A stretch of 64,000 nucleotides of DNA, from positions 1 to 64,000 of IMG/VR virus record IMGVR_UViG_3300027628_000003, one strand, 5' to 3'. This document shows, piece after piece, positions 25,110 through 33,222 of the stretch; positions within the stretch are counted from its first letter, which is position 1, and each line of letters begins with the position of its first letter. Below the pieces are notes generated by a model. The model was given only the letters and a program-made list of their open reading frames with translations. It searched no databases and had not been told where the DNA came from. The DNA comes from a virus. The position numbers were made by a program, and so were the translations under genes.

Positions 25110-25499
25110 CTACACCCCCTTCTTAGCCACCGACATATCAGCATCATCGTTAGCCTTGTTCAACTCCTTAGTCATATCCGCAAGCAACTTGCTAATGTTA
25201 GGGTCATCAAGGTCGATAAGCTCAGCCACTTTATTAATCTTAACTTCATCCAGTTCACTAAGCTGTTCAGTACGCTCAGTCACATCACCCATAAGAAGTA
25301 AGTCTAGCTTAATAATCTCCGCTAACTCTTTAGCATTCCTAATGCCCTCTACCTTGCCCTGTGCTAGGTCATCAAAGTAACTGTCTATTAAGTTCCTGAC
25401 AGTTGCTCTATGCTCTTGCTTGGCTTCATCTACACTCTCAGGTAGAGTAGCTTTTCGGAATGAAGCAGATAAACTTGATACCAGTGTTGGACGTTTCAT
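25110..25499 (-). CDS. hypothetical protein immediately upstream of the large terminase (small-terminase position)
   Basis: Start moved to the ATG at 25499 (aaaggagggatacc-ATG). 129 aa, helical and charged. The function is suggested by position only. Confidence 0.5.
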   Translation of the reverse strand: MKRPTLVSSLSASFRKATLPESVDEAKQEHRATVRNLIDSYFDDLAQGKVEGIRNAKELAEIIKLDLLLMGDVTERTEQLSELDEVKINKVAELIDLDDPNISKLLADMTKELNKANDDADMSVAKKGV

Positions 25500-25575
25500 G
25501 GTATCCCTCCTTTCTTTGAAAAAATACAAAAAAGACGTGTATCAATGATACACGCCTGTTCTACCAGCTATTCTA

Positions 25576-26127
25576 TTATTCTTCCTCTGGCATATCGTCT
25601 TCCTCATCATCAGCAGTATGACCTAACCAGAACATGCCTAGTTCCATATCATCCTCATACTCAACGTCTATGTCACCAAAGCCTGGTACGGAGTAAATGC
25701 CTGTTGGCTCAAGCCCTACCATCGTTAGGGTCTCTGGGTTGAACTTAATCATATCAGGGTCTACGCCTTCCTTTACCTGATAATCACGTATAGCGCTTAG
25801 TATTTGTTCATTCATCTGTTTGATAGCAGCATCTGGGTCAGTCTTACTAAGATGGTTACGAATTATCTTATCATTAGCTTCCTTAGTATACTGATCCATA
25901 GTCATGAACTGTACATTAGGGCTGGACTTCAACAACCCACTAATGAAGCTATCAACCCCAGCATCACTCCCTATGTCTGGTTCGAATGCAGTACATAAGG
26001 ATGGGTCATCATAGTCCACTGGTACACCATTACTCTTCATATCATGGAATATATTTATGAACTTGCACACCTTTTCATGTCTACATTCCTTACAAGTCTC
26101 TATGGGATATCCTTGAAATCCTTTCAT
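25576..26127 (-). CDS. hypothetical acidic protein
   Basis: 183 aa with an N-terminal Cys cluster (CKECRHEKVC) and a C-terminal DDEEDDMPEEE tail. Confidence 0.6.
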   Translation of the reverse strand: MKGFQGYPIETCKECRHEKVCKFINIFHDMKSNGVPVDYDDPSLCTAFEPDIGSDAGVDSFISGLLKSSPNVQFMTMDQYTKEANDKIIRNHLSKTDPDAAIKQMNEQILSAIRDYQVKEGVDPDMIKFNPETLTMVGLEPTGIYSVPGFGDIDVEYEDDMELGMFWLGHTADDEEDDMPEEE

Positions 26128-26138
26128 CCTATCTCCTC

Positions 26139-27269
26139 CTAGTTCGTTTTAGATTTACGGAATAGCTTATTACGTTCAGCTTCATACTCCTTCTTATGAC
26201 TAGCAAGAGTCTTGTCTGATAGCTCAAGAGATGCAGTAATCTCTGTCTTATGTGCTCTTAAAGCTTCTAGTTTAGCTAGTAGCAACGCTTCCTCATCCTC
26301 TAGCAAGGCTAAGGACTCTTTAGATTCCTCATGTGCTTTGGCATTCTCTACTTGAAGCTGGCAGAAGTACTCATAAGCGTTCTTCAACTCTTCTACCTGT
26401 TGCATTACGATGCTACGGTTGATATGCTTTGCAAAGCCAAAGTCCTCTTCATAGTAGGTAATGATTCTACCATCAGTCTTACCCCAAAGGTATACGAAGT
26501 TATCCTTATCGAAGTAGTACGCTATACCTTCCTCATCCTCGAACAGTAGCTCTGTATCAGGACTATGGAAGCCTTCTAGAATCTTTGGCTTGATTTCAGC
26601 TATGTTACGTAGGAAGTGCTTTTGAGCCTTATCTAAAGAGTTAACATGTAGCAACAACTGACGTTGTACGAACCTACCACCAGCATGCACTGATACACTG
26701 TTATCCTTAGGCTCTACTATCTCTAATACTGGCTCTCCTTGGTTGTCTTCTACTACCAGCTTAGGTAAAGGATTAATCACCACTTGGTCTACCATTTCAG
26801 CTTTAGGCTTCTCTATAGCATAGATCGGATATAGTTTACTAACTTCAAGCTTTACCTCATCTTGCCACATATGCTTACTATAGGTATGCTCCATTGCTGG
26901 TAATAATAGGTCTAACTCAGCTCTAGTTAGCTCTCTATCATTCCTACCATCTCTACGAAGTCTTGGAATTTCTGAAGGTATCAGACACTTTAGCTCTAAA
27001 GCAGTCTCACCACCAGGTCTAACATGACGTATTACAACCCAGTCATCCCACAGTCTTTCTACATTACTAGCTAACTTCATAGTCTTCAAAGCCTTATCCA
27101 TCAAGACACCCATATCTTCCTTGGCTTTAGTTAGCTCCCATCTAATAGCTTTCTCAGACTCTTTGAATTCTGATACACCACTTATCTCTTTCAACAACTC
27201 CTTATGGCTACAGATTTCTAAGTATTTGTTTCTTAATTTCTGTACTAATTCATTACTGAACACTCCCAT
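26139..27269 (-). CDS. hypothetical protein with C-terminal coiled coil
   Basis: Start moved to the ATG at 27269 (agggaggttgtgagc-ATG). 376 aa. First gene of the leftward operon that leaves the 27.4-kb divergent region. Confidence 0.6.
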   Translation of the reverse strand: MGVFSNELVQKLRNKYLEICSHKELLKEISGVSEFKESEKAIRWELTKAKEDMGVLMDKALKTMKLASNVERLWDDWVVIRHVRPGGETALELKCLIPSEIPRLRRDGRNDRELTRAELDLLLPAMEHTYSKHMWQDEVKLEVSKLYPIYAIEKPKAEMVDQVVINPLPKLVVEDNQGEPVLEIVEPKDNSVSVHAGGRFVQRQLLLHVNSLDKAQKHFLRNIAEIKPKILEGFHSPDTELLFEDEEGIAYYFDKDNFVYLWGKTDGRIITYYEEDFGFAKHINRSIVMQQVEELKNAYEYFCQLQVENAKAHEESKESLALLEDEEALLLAKLEALRAHKTEITASLELSDKTLASHKKEYEAERNKLFRKSKTN

Positions 27270-27437
27270 GCTCACAACCTCCCTTTGCACTAAAAGAAGG
27301 GAAGAAGTCCCAAATCTTCTCCTTCCTACGAAACTGGTAGAGGATGACCCCATCGTCCTATAATCTGTCTCTTGCAGGTGAGGGTTTCCTATGGCTCGCT
27401 AGCTTTTTTCTTTACGTACTTCGTACGTAATTTAAAG

Positions 27438-27500
27438 CTTTTAAGTATTTATTTTTTAATTTAAAAAAGAGTATATTTAAAGACTCTTTTAAGTATTTAT
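27438..27500. repeat. AT-rich region with a perfect 15-bp direct repeat
   Basis: CTTTTAAGTATTTAT occurs at 27438-27452 and 27486-27500. Nearby are the inverted repeat TACGTAC-ttc-GTACGTA (about 27414-27430) and a hairpin AAAGAGT...ACTCTTT between the repeats. Confidence 0.7.
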
Positions 27501-27719
27501 ATCTTTAAGCTTTAATAAAAAATTTAAGTGCGGAGGCATCTACCACGTACAGTCAGAACGAGACCATAGACGGAGAAGAGAGAAAACATACAGTAACAAA
27601 ATGTGTACAGTTGATATTTGTAGGAGTTGAAGACACAAAAAGAAAAAGAGGAAGGAAGATGAACATACCTAACAGATGAAATCTATAAGAGAGCAGAGTT
27701 TATAATATCTTTTTAGTAA

Positions 27720-27785
27720 CGAAAGGTTGGTGGTGGGGTAATTGGTGGTGAAGAGAGTTAGTGATAACGAACGTCGATTACTATC
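27720..27785 (+). repeat. dispersed early-region repeat, copy 1 (GGTGG box)
   Basis: cgaaaGGTTGGTGGTGGGGtaaTTGGTGGTGaagagagttagtgataacgaacgtcgattact. Upstream similarity (cagtcagaac...gagaagagagaaa) extends to about 27550. Confidence 0.7.
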
Positions 27786-27901
27786 TAAGACTGCCCCAAG
27801 GCTTCAGGGGACGCTAGGCGTCCTAGTGCTGCCTCTGCTGTATCAGGTAGTGCATAAGCCCTGTCCTGCGCCACGCAAATGCTCGATATTAATAGCCCGT
27901 G

Positions 27902-28079
27902 TATATCGTATTATTCGTATATTAAGAGTATGCTGCTCCAAGGATATCGTGTTATTGTGATATAGTCCGTATATATCGTATTATTCTTATATTAAGAGTA
28001 TGTGTTTTAGTATATTGTGTTTTGTGTATATATTAAGTGTGTAATATGCGTATATCGTATTATTAGTATGTTAAAAGGG
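27902..28079. repeat. three ~30-bp direct repeats
   Basis: TATATCGTATTATTCGTATATTAAGAGTATG at 27902, TATATCGTATTATTCTTATATTAAGAGTATG at 27972, and TATATCGTATTATTAGTATGTTAAAAG at 28051. Confidence 0.75.
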
Positions 28080-28129
28080 ATTTATATAGTGAAAAGAGAA
28101 TATTAGAACATTATTATATATTTATATTA

Positions 28130-28220
28130 GCGATAAGGGTTGTGGTGGGGGAACTGGTGGTGAGGCGATACCTCGCTCTTCTTTATATGAAGCAAGTTTC
28201 TACCTAACCCCCATAGAAAC
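28130..28220 (+). repeat. dispersed early-region repeat, copy 2 (GGTGG box + palindrome)
   Basis: gcgataaGGGTTGTGGTGGGGGaaCTGGTGGTGagg ... GTTTCTA-cctaaccccca-TAGAAAC (28196-28220), about 45 bp upstream of P1. Confidence 0.7.
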
Positions 28221-28265
28221 GCCTAGGGCTAGGCGTATAGCCCCACTCTACCTACCGAAACGTCC

Positions 28266-28294
28266 TTGACTTTCAGCCCCACTCGTGGTAAAAT
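28266..28294 (+). promoter_or_regulatory. strong sigma-A-type early promoter P1
   Basis: aaaCGTCC-TTGACT, 17 nt ending TGg, then TAAAAT. Followed by the leader aagTTCAAGaggaggaGGGcac. Confidence 0.7.
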
Positions 28295-28378
28295 AAGTTC
28301 AAGAGGAGGAGGGCACTACACCAGAGAGGGTAGCACCCACCACCAACAAAATCATAAGATAAAAGGAGATTGATTAAT

Positions 28379-28780
28379 ATGGCTAAAACTAAAAAGGTAG
28401 ACGCAGTGAAATTCGTAGAGGAAAAAGGCTTCCCAGAGGTAGGACACTTTGAGGAGAAAAAAGACCTACAAAAATTCTACAAACAACTGGATGACGTAGC
28501 ACTACTAGAATGGATTGAAGTAGAAGGATTAGAGTTCAAACCTTGTGAGGATAGCGAGGCTATCAACAGAATGAGAATGTGTATGGCTATCCTATACAAA
28601 CACTTCCCTAAGGCACCAACAGCTAAGAAGAAAGCTAAGTACGCAGACTACACTATGGAACAGCTTATGCAGATGTGCTTAGACAACGATGTAGCAGTAG
28701 AGTACACTGAGAGCGAACAAATCATGCGTATGAGAACTATCATGGCTCTACGTGCAGCAGGTCATATCGAGAAAGCTTAA
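28379..28780 (+). CDS. early-cassette protein, family A (paralogue of 29942..30349 and of the C-terminus of 34988..35791)
   Basis: ATG at 28379. Carries the shared ~125-aa core PEVGHFE.KK.LQKFYKQL...W.EVEGLE(F/Y)KP...INRMR.CMAILY.HFPK...KKKAKYADYTME.LM..CLDND.AVEYT.SEQIMRMRTIMALRAAG. Lies downstream of a consensus promoter. Confidence 0.75.
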   Translation: MAKTKKVDAVKFVEEKGFPEVGHFEEKKDLQKFYKQLDDVALLEWIEVEGLEFKPCEDSEAINRMRMCMAILYKHFPKAPTAKKKAKYADYTMEQLMQMCLDNDVAVEYTESEQIMRMRTIMALRAAGHIEKA

Positions 28781-28792
28781 TGGTTGCTAGGC

Positions 28793-28810
28793 TACCCCCT
28801 ACGGGGGGTA
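28793..28810 (+). other. intercistronic stem-loop with UACG tetraloop
   Basis: TACCCCC-TACG-GGGGGTA, flanked by the conserved TTGCTAG ... CCATGGAGCT..AGCTACCTAGTTAAAAGGAGTGGT. Confidence 0.7.
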
Positions 28811-28854
28811 TCCCATGGAGCTTGTAAGCTACCTAGTTAAAAGGAGTGGTTAGT

Positions 28855-29172
28855 ATGAAGACTAAAACGTATATCCCTGAGTGGATTGTACTAGAGGAAA
28901 ACTCACCTAGTGAGATGCACTATATCCGTATGGTGGGCAGTGACGCTCGTGAGTACGATGGCACTGAGAGTATCTGGGTAATTATCTTTGACCATATCCG
29001 TGAGGATGAGTTCTGTGTATCTATCGTGGCTGTGAATGACTCGTTGGTGGGTAGCATAGTACCGTTTATGAGTACTGGAGTAGTGAGTGAGCTGAGTGCT
29101 AGAAACAACATGGAGTACCTGATGCAGTACGCTCGTAAAGGTATCGTGACTGTGGGAGGTGGTCTATTATGA
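28855..29172 (+). CDS. early-cassette protein, second cistron
   Basis: ATG at 28855 after the conserved CTAGTTAAAAGGAGTGGTTAGT. 105 aa. Confidence 0.65.
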   Translation: MKTKTYIPEWIVLEENSPSEMHYIRMVGSDAREYDGTESIWVIIFDHIREDEFCVSIVAVNDSLVGSIVPFMSTGVVSELSARNNMEYLMQYARKGIVTVGGGLL

Positions 29173-29321
29173 CTGAGTACTTCCCAGGCACTACTACCTG
29201 CGATATCTGTGATAAACCTTTCACTCAGATGTACCCTAATGACCCTGCCTATGATGCTCCTATGGACATCTGTGACGAGTGTAATGGAGGTGAGTGTATT
29301 GAAGACCGCAAGAACGATTAA
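29169..29321 (+). CDS. small C4 zinc-ribbon protein (50 aa)
   Basis: ATGA overlap with the upstream stop. Reads MTEYFPGTTTCDICDKPFTQMYPNDPAYDAPMDICDECNGGECIEDRKND (CxxC...CxxC). Below the track cutoff. Confidence 0.5.
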   Translation: MTEYFPGTTTCDICDKPFTQMYPNDPAYDAPMDICDECNGGECIEDRKND

Positions 29322-29435
29322 GCGTGTACTAGTGGTAACAGGAGCGTGTACGCTCCTTTACCTAGCTTGTAACCTAGTGTATACTGCATGCACATGGACG
29401 TATCCAGGAGTAGAAAAGCAATTAGAAGCATATCA

Positions 29436-29467
29436 AGACACCTACAGTAAGTAGGTGTCTATTTTTG
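29436..29467 (+). terminator. intrinsic terminator closing early cassette 1
   Basis: AGACACCTAC-agtaa-GTAGGTGTCT followed by ATTTTTG. Confidence 0.8.
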
Positions 29468-29691
29468 TGCGTTTGTGGGTGTAGGGCATCTTTTAGCCCG
29501 TTTTGGGGCTTTTGTGAGCGCAAAGGCTTTCGGGTTCAAAACGGTTTGAACGAGAAATTTGGGTAGGAAAATAGTAGCTCAAAAATCGTGTTTGGTGTGT
29601 TGTTCTGTGTCAGTTTTCTGCTTCAAAATCAGTCAGAACCATTTGTATATGAAAGAGAGAGAAGAGAGAAATTTGAGTATAAAAGATATAT

Positions 29692-29796
29692 GAGCGAAGG
29701 GTTGTTGTTGGGTGACTTTGGTGGTTGAAAGAGTATCTGATAAGCGAACTTCAATTGCTTTATTTGAAAGGAATTTCTAGGTAACCCCCATAGAAA
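29692..29796 (+). repeat. dispersed early-region repeat, copy 3 (GGTGG box + palindrome)
   Basis: gagcgaaGGGTTGTTGTTGGGTgacTTTGGTGGTTGaaagagtatctgataagcgaacttcaattgctttat ... TTTCTA-ggtaaccccca-TAGAAA (29774-29796), about 48 bp upstream of P2. Confidence 0.7.
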
Positions 29797-29843
29797 GCCC
29801 AACAGGGCTAGCGCTACCGTCCATCCTATATGAGTAAACGTCC

Positions 29844-29872
29844 TTGAGTATTCCACCCACCCGTGATATAAT
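29844..29872 (+). promoter_or_regulatory. strong sigma-A-type early promoter P2
   Basis: aaaCGTCC-TTGAGT, 17 nt ending TGa, then TATAAT. Leader ttaTTCAAGgggaGCGGGtcac. Confidence 0.7.
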
Positions 29873-29941
29873 TTATTCAAGGGGAGCGGGTCACACCGAC
29901 TCCTACTAGACCAGCCCACCGAGGCTTAGGAGGAATATGAT

Positions 29942-30349
29942 ATGAGTAAAAAAGAGAATATCAACGGTAAAGTAGACGCTATGGAATGGATTACTGCGAA
30001 TAATGGGTATCCTGAGGTAGGTATATTCGAGGATAAGAAATGGTTACAGAAGTTCTATAAGCAGTTACCTATCGAGGTTCTGGAGGACTGGTGTAGTGTA
30101 GAAGGATTGGAGTATAAGCCTAACGATAACGAACAGATCCATAGAATGAGAGTATGTATGGCTATCCTATACTTCCACTTCCCTAAAGAGCCTAGTACTA
30201 AGAAGAAAGCTAAATATGCAGACTATACTATGGAGGCACTTATGACACTCTGCCTAGATAATGATATAGCTGTAGAATATACAGATAGTGAGCAGATTAT
30301 GAGAATGCGTACTATTATGGCACTACGTGCAGCTGGTAAGATTCAGTAA
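29942..30349 (+). CDS. early-cassette protein, family A (paralogue of 28379..28780)
   Basis: 135 aa with RBS aggagg. About 60-70% identical by eye to 28379..28780. Lies downstream of a consensus promoter. Confidence 0.75.
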   Translation: MSKKENINGKVDAMEWITANNGYPEVGIFEDKKWLQKFYKQLPIEVLEDWCSVEGLEYKPNDNEQIHRMRVCMAILYFHFPKEPSTKKKAKYADYTMEALMTLCLDNDIAVEYTDSEQIMRMRTIMALRAAGKIQ

Positions 30350-30357
30350 GTTGCTAG

Positions 30358-30379
30358 TACTCCCTCTACGGAGGGGGTA
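30358..30379 (+). other. intercistronic stem-loop with UACG tetraloop
   Basis: TACTCCCTC-TACG-GAGGGGGTA with the same flanks. Confidence 0.7.
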
Positions 30380-30421
30380 TCATGGAACCTATTGGTTACC
30401 TAGACTAAAGGAGTGGTAAGT

Positions 30422-30697
30422 ATGTATGATGTAGTTAGTGAGTTAATACCTATGAGTGAGTCTGATATGGAGTGGGTACGTGAGCACCTGCGTGAGGTAG
30501 AGCCTAGTATACACAACGCTAGGTATTGGCGAGTAGTATACTGGTCTAATGAGAACGGTAGTGCTACTGAGATTCAGCCTATGGGTGTGAATATAGACGA
30601 GGACGTAGAGGGCTTCGGTGTAGGTGATTTAAATGGTGTAGCCTACTGGAGTAAGTACCTGCGTGAGCGTGGCTTCCCTAGATATATGTTTGAGTGA
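30422..30697 (+). CDS. early-cassette protein, second cistron
   Basis: ATG at 30422 after the conserved CTAGACTAAAGGAGTGGTAAGT. 91 aa. A strong terminator follows. Confidence 0.65.
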   Translation: MYDVVSELIPMSESDMEWVREHLREVEPSIHNARYWRVVYWSNENGSATEIQPMGVNIDEDVEGFGVGDLNGVAYWSKYLRERGFPRYMFE

Positions 30698-30703
30698 GTG
30701 TGT

Positions 30704-30735
30704 AACCCTAGTACTGTGTGTACTAGGGTTTTTCT
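30704..30735 (+). terminator. intrinsic terminator closing early cassette 2
   Basis: AACCCTAGTA-N7-TACTAGGGTT followed by TTTCT. Confidence 0.8.
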
Positions 30736-30858
30736 ATGTCCTTTTCTGCTCCTATGTGAGTTGTATAGCAACTCTGTAAGTCGATTTCTCTCAAAGGTGA
30801 AAGGGTTCAAAGATTGAAGCAGGAGAAATTCGAGTAAGTGAGTGGTAGAATGTTAAAT

Positions 30859-30960
30859 AGGCGAAAGGTTGGTGGGGGGATTGAATGGTGGGAAGAGTTT
30901 CTGATGAGCGAACCGAATTGCTTTATAGGAAGTGAGTTTGTAGGTACTCCTCATAGAAAC
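30859..30960 (+). repeat. dispersed early-region repeat, copy 4 (orphan, no promoter follows)
   Basis: aggcgaaaGGTTGGTGGGGGGattgaATGGTGGGaagagtttctgatgagcgaaccgaattgctttat ... GTTTGTA-ggtactcctca-TAGAAAC (30936-30960). Confidence 0.65.
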
Positions 30961-30967
30961 GAGCATA

Positions 30968-30999
30968 AGAAAACCCTATATACGTTTGTGTATATAGGG
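30968..30999 (-). terminator. intrinsic terminator closing the leftward early genes (convergent with 30704-30735)
   Basis: CCCTATATAC-N6-GTATATAGGG followed by TTTTCTT on the minus strand. Confidence 0.7.
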
Positions 31000-31011
31000 T
31001 GTATATGGGTA

Positions 31012-31230
31012 CTAGAAGCCTGCTGGTTCTACATCTAGGTCTAGTACATCTCGTATCATATTGAATACATCTGCCCCTAGTAAGTTCTCATGTAGCCTAC
31101 TAGCTATAAGTTGTATATCATCCTCGTTAACCTCAGGTACGTCTATACCCTGCTCCTTACTATTCTGTATCTCTTCCCTTACCTTCTGTCTTAGCCATGC
31201 CACAGCCATTTCATCTGTAATAGTATTCAT
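31012..31230 (-). CDS. hypothetical early protein (probable paralogue of 31230..31460)
   Basis: 72 aa. Shares the W-L-R-x-(K/E)-V-R and D-(D/E)-D-I pattern with its neighbour. A terminator follows. Confidence 0.55.
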   Translation of the reverse strand: MNTITDEMAVAWLRQKVREEIQNSKEQGIDVPEVNEDDIQLIASRLHENLLGADVFNMIRDVLDLDVEPAGF

Positions 31231-31460
31231 TATAGTAAGTCCTCCTCTATCTCGAATCTACTAGCTATATCAATAGTAATCTGTTCATTAACCCCAGTTA
31301 GGAAGTTTTGTACTAGGCATTCAATATCCTCATCATCCCAATGTATAGGTGGGTTACCCTTCTTTATCCGGTATGCACTAATAGCACTAAGGTTACTACG
31401 AACCTCTCCTCGTAGCCATTCTAGTACCTCTGGGCTAGGGGCATTATATAAGTCTATCAT
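31230..31460 (-). CDS. hypothetical early protein
   Basis: 76 aa with RBS aaaaggagagagttaat. Confidence 0.55.
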   Translation of the reverse strand: MIDLYNAPSPEVLEWLRGEVRSNLSAISAYRIKKGNPPIHWDDEDIECLVQNFLTGVNEQITIDIASRFEIEEDLL

Positions 31461-31502
31461 ATTAACTCTCTCCTTTTATCTGTGAGTATAGGTATTCCAT
31501 GA

Positions 31503-31524
31503 GTAGCCCTGCGTACAAGGCTAC
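31503..31524 (-). other. intercistronic stem-loop with UACG tetraloop
   Basis: Minus strand reads GTAGCCTTG-TACG-CAGGGCTAC, preceded by TTGCTAG. Confidence 0.6.
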
Positions 31525-31534
31525 CTAGCAATCC

Positions 31535-31831
31535 CTATTTGTGAGTAGTGCACCCTATGAATGCCTTAGTAGGCAGGTAGTAGGTGAACTGTGGACTATC
31601 AGTATAGTTATAGCGAATCCATACACTATCTCTTTCGTTAGTGAATGCTATATCAGTGAATAGTTGTTGGAACTGCTCCGGTACCTCTCTGTATCTAGAG
31701 ATACCCTGTACAAATACCTCACCTTCTTCTAGTACATGTAACCCATAAGCAAAGGTAGGGTGCATATTCCACAGACTACCTGGGCTTACCTCTATAGTGA
31801 TGTGTGCATCTGCGTTACCTAATTCGTGCAT
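31535..31831 (-). CDS. hypothetical early protein
   Basis: Start placed at the ATG at 31831 (aagggagaggttaat-ATG). The track start at 31867 sits in the loop of an 8-bp intercistronic hairpin. Confidence 0.55.
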   Translation of the reverse strand: MHELGNADAHITIEVSPGSLWNMHPTFAYGLHVLEEGEVFVQGISRYREVPEQFQQLFTDIAFTNERDSVWIRYNYTDSPQFTYYLPTKAFIGCTTHK

Positions 31832-31857
31832 ATTAACCTCTCCCTTATATGTAAGTA

Positions 31858-31876
31858 CTAGGGGCATAGCCCCTAG
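31858..31876 (-). other. intercistronic stem-loop
   Basis: CTAGGGGC-ATA-GCCCCTAG, 8 bp. Confidence 0.55.
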
Positions 31877-31877
31877 C

Positions 31878-32270
31878 TTAGTACTCGCTGAAGTAGTATA
31901 CGTGTACCTCTACTCCATTAGCTAGAGTAACGTCATACTCCCCTGTATCTATACAGATACAATCTTGTAGCCCACTACAGCACTCTATACCTTCGTCTAC
32001 GTGCTTCCTATTTACACAACCTGACATAGAGTTACCAGCTATGTTACCTTCTGCGCTATGGTCTAGACCCTTAGCATAATGGTGTAGGTAGTGCACTGTA
32101 GCTAGCATATCATCCTCAGGTAGGTTATTAATATTGAATACGTAGTACTCTCTGTCATACTGTATACGTATAGGCTCCTCCTTAATACCGTGGTGGTCTT
32201 GGTTGGTACTGTATACTGCCTCATCTATTAAGCCCATAGGCATTGTGTCTGAACCGTACATAATTATCAT
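31878..32270 (-). CDS. hypothetical early protein (Cys/His-rich)
   Basis: 130 aa with RBS aggaggagatagta. First cistron behind the promoter at 32320-32348. Confidence 0.6.
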   Translation of the reverse strand: MIIMYGSDTMPMGLIDEAVYSTNQDHHGIKEEPIRIQYDREYYVFNINNLPEDDMLATVHYLHHYAKGLDHSAEGNIAGNSMSGCVNRKHVDEGIECCSGLQDCICIDTGEYDVTLANGVEVHVYYFSEY

Positions 32271-32319
32271 TACTATCTCCTCCTAATCTCTAGTAGAAGC
32301 ACCCCTGCTCCTTGAAGAA

Positions 32320-32348
32320 ATTATACCACGGAGCAGGGAAAATCCCAA
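32320..32348 (-). promoter_or_regulatory. strong sigma-A-type early promoter P3
   Basis: Minus strand reads gaaCGTCC-TTGGGA, 17 nt ending TGg, then TATAAT. Leader ttcTTCAAGgaGCaGGGgtgc. Confidence 0.65.
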
Positions 32349-32368
32349 GGACGTTCCCTACTGCTAGG

Positions 32369-32767
32369 CTATCTAGGATTTCTCACATAAGGGTTATCTA
32401 TAAACAATAGGTAGATATCCTTATCATTCTGCTTACGTATGATAGCTCTATTATCCTCTCCCATACGCTCTACCTTATTAACCTCCCACACACTATACTC
32501 TTCATATAGGCGCTTACCAGAGATATCCTTACCCTGCCATACATCCTCTTGTAGCATAGCTCCTGTAGGTATCACTACGTTTATAAGGTCTTCTACCCAG
32601 TCGTCTGGATACTCTTCAGGTAGGGCTAATAGGTTAAAGCGTTCCCCATCCTCTACAAACTTAGTTAGACCTGCACCTATAGCACGCTTTACAAACTCTG
32701 CTACCTCTGTAGCTGTAGCACGCTCACTATATAGGTAGGCTACTGGTGTCATTTTCTTACTTAACAT
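32369..32767 (-). CDS. hypothetical early protein
   Basis: ATG at 32767 after the conserved CTAGATAAAAGGAGTGGTATAT. Confidence 0.6.
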   Translation of the reverse strand: MLSKKMTPVAYLYSERATATEVAEFVKRAIGAGLTKFVEDGERFNLLALPEEYPDDWVEDLINVVIPTGAMLQEDVWQGKDISGKRLYEEYSVWEVNKVERMGEDNRAIIRKQNDKDIYLLFIDNPYVRNPR

Positions 32768-32814
32768 ATATACCACTCCTTTTATCTAGGTAGCTATGGT
32801 TAGCTCCATAATAC

Positions 32815-32830
32815 CTGCTCCTTAGAGCAG
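32815..32830 (-). other. intercistronic stem-loop (UAAG loop)
   Basis: Minus strand reads CTGCTC-TAAG-GAGCAG with the same conserved flanks. Confidence 0.6.
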
Positions 32831-32841
32831 ATACTAGCAAC

Positions 32842-33147
32842 CTACCATTGGCTAATATGATGTGCAAACTCATGTACTGGGAAGTAGTCTAGTGCACCCT
32901 CCTCATAGCTATCATATGCATATACTACCCACTGCCATGTATCCACTACGCTAGGGTCTTCCTCGAACTCACGATACACATCTAGGTCTACACAGCTAGG
33001 TACTTCTTCTGTAGGGATAATAGCTGACACCTTAACTAGACCGTTCTCTATTCCTAGATACTCCTCACTAGGGTGTATGTAATAGCTACGTCCTACCTCA
33101 ATAGTTCTCTCTACCTGTACTGTAATAGCATTTATCTTAATACCCAT
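32842..33147 (-). CDS. hypothetical early protein (paralogue of 33223..33549)
   Basis: ATG at 33147 after the conserved CTAGATAAAAGGAGTGGTACAA. Shares IHPSE.Y.GIE.G...V with its neighbour. Confidence 0.6.
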   Translation of the reverse strand: MGIKINAITVQVERTIEVGRSYYIHPSEEYLGIENGLVKVSAIIPTEEVPSCVDLDVYREFEEDPSVVDTWQWVVYAYDSYEEGALDYFPVHEFAHHISQW

Positions 33148-33196
33148 TTGTACCACTCCTTTTATCTAGGTAGCTCATACTAAGCTCCATAGTACC

Positions 33197-33210
33197 TGCC
33201 CCGTAGGGCA
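33197..33210 (-). other. intercistronic stem-loop with UACG tetraloop
   Basis: Minus strand reads TGCCC-TACG-GGGCA with the same conserved flanks. Confidence 0.6.
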
Positions 33211-33222
33211 AGCACTAGCATA

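Noticed and set aside
27900-28080. A possible CRISPR-like array, because of regularly spaced ~30-bp repeats.
   Set aside because: There are only three copies, and the third is degenerate. They are AT-rich and non-palindromic, the spacers are unequal at about 39 and 48 bp, and no cas genes or leader are present. This is better described as direct repeats.
29209-29454. 81-aa plus-strand ORF from the track.
   Set aside because: Its 5' half overlaps, out of frame, the better-supported ATGA-coupled C4 zinc-ribbon ORF 29169..29321. It has no RBS. The 3' part (29322-29454) could still hide a short hydrophobic peptide, but I cannot support that.
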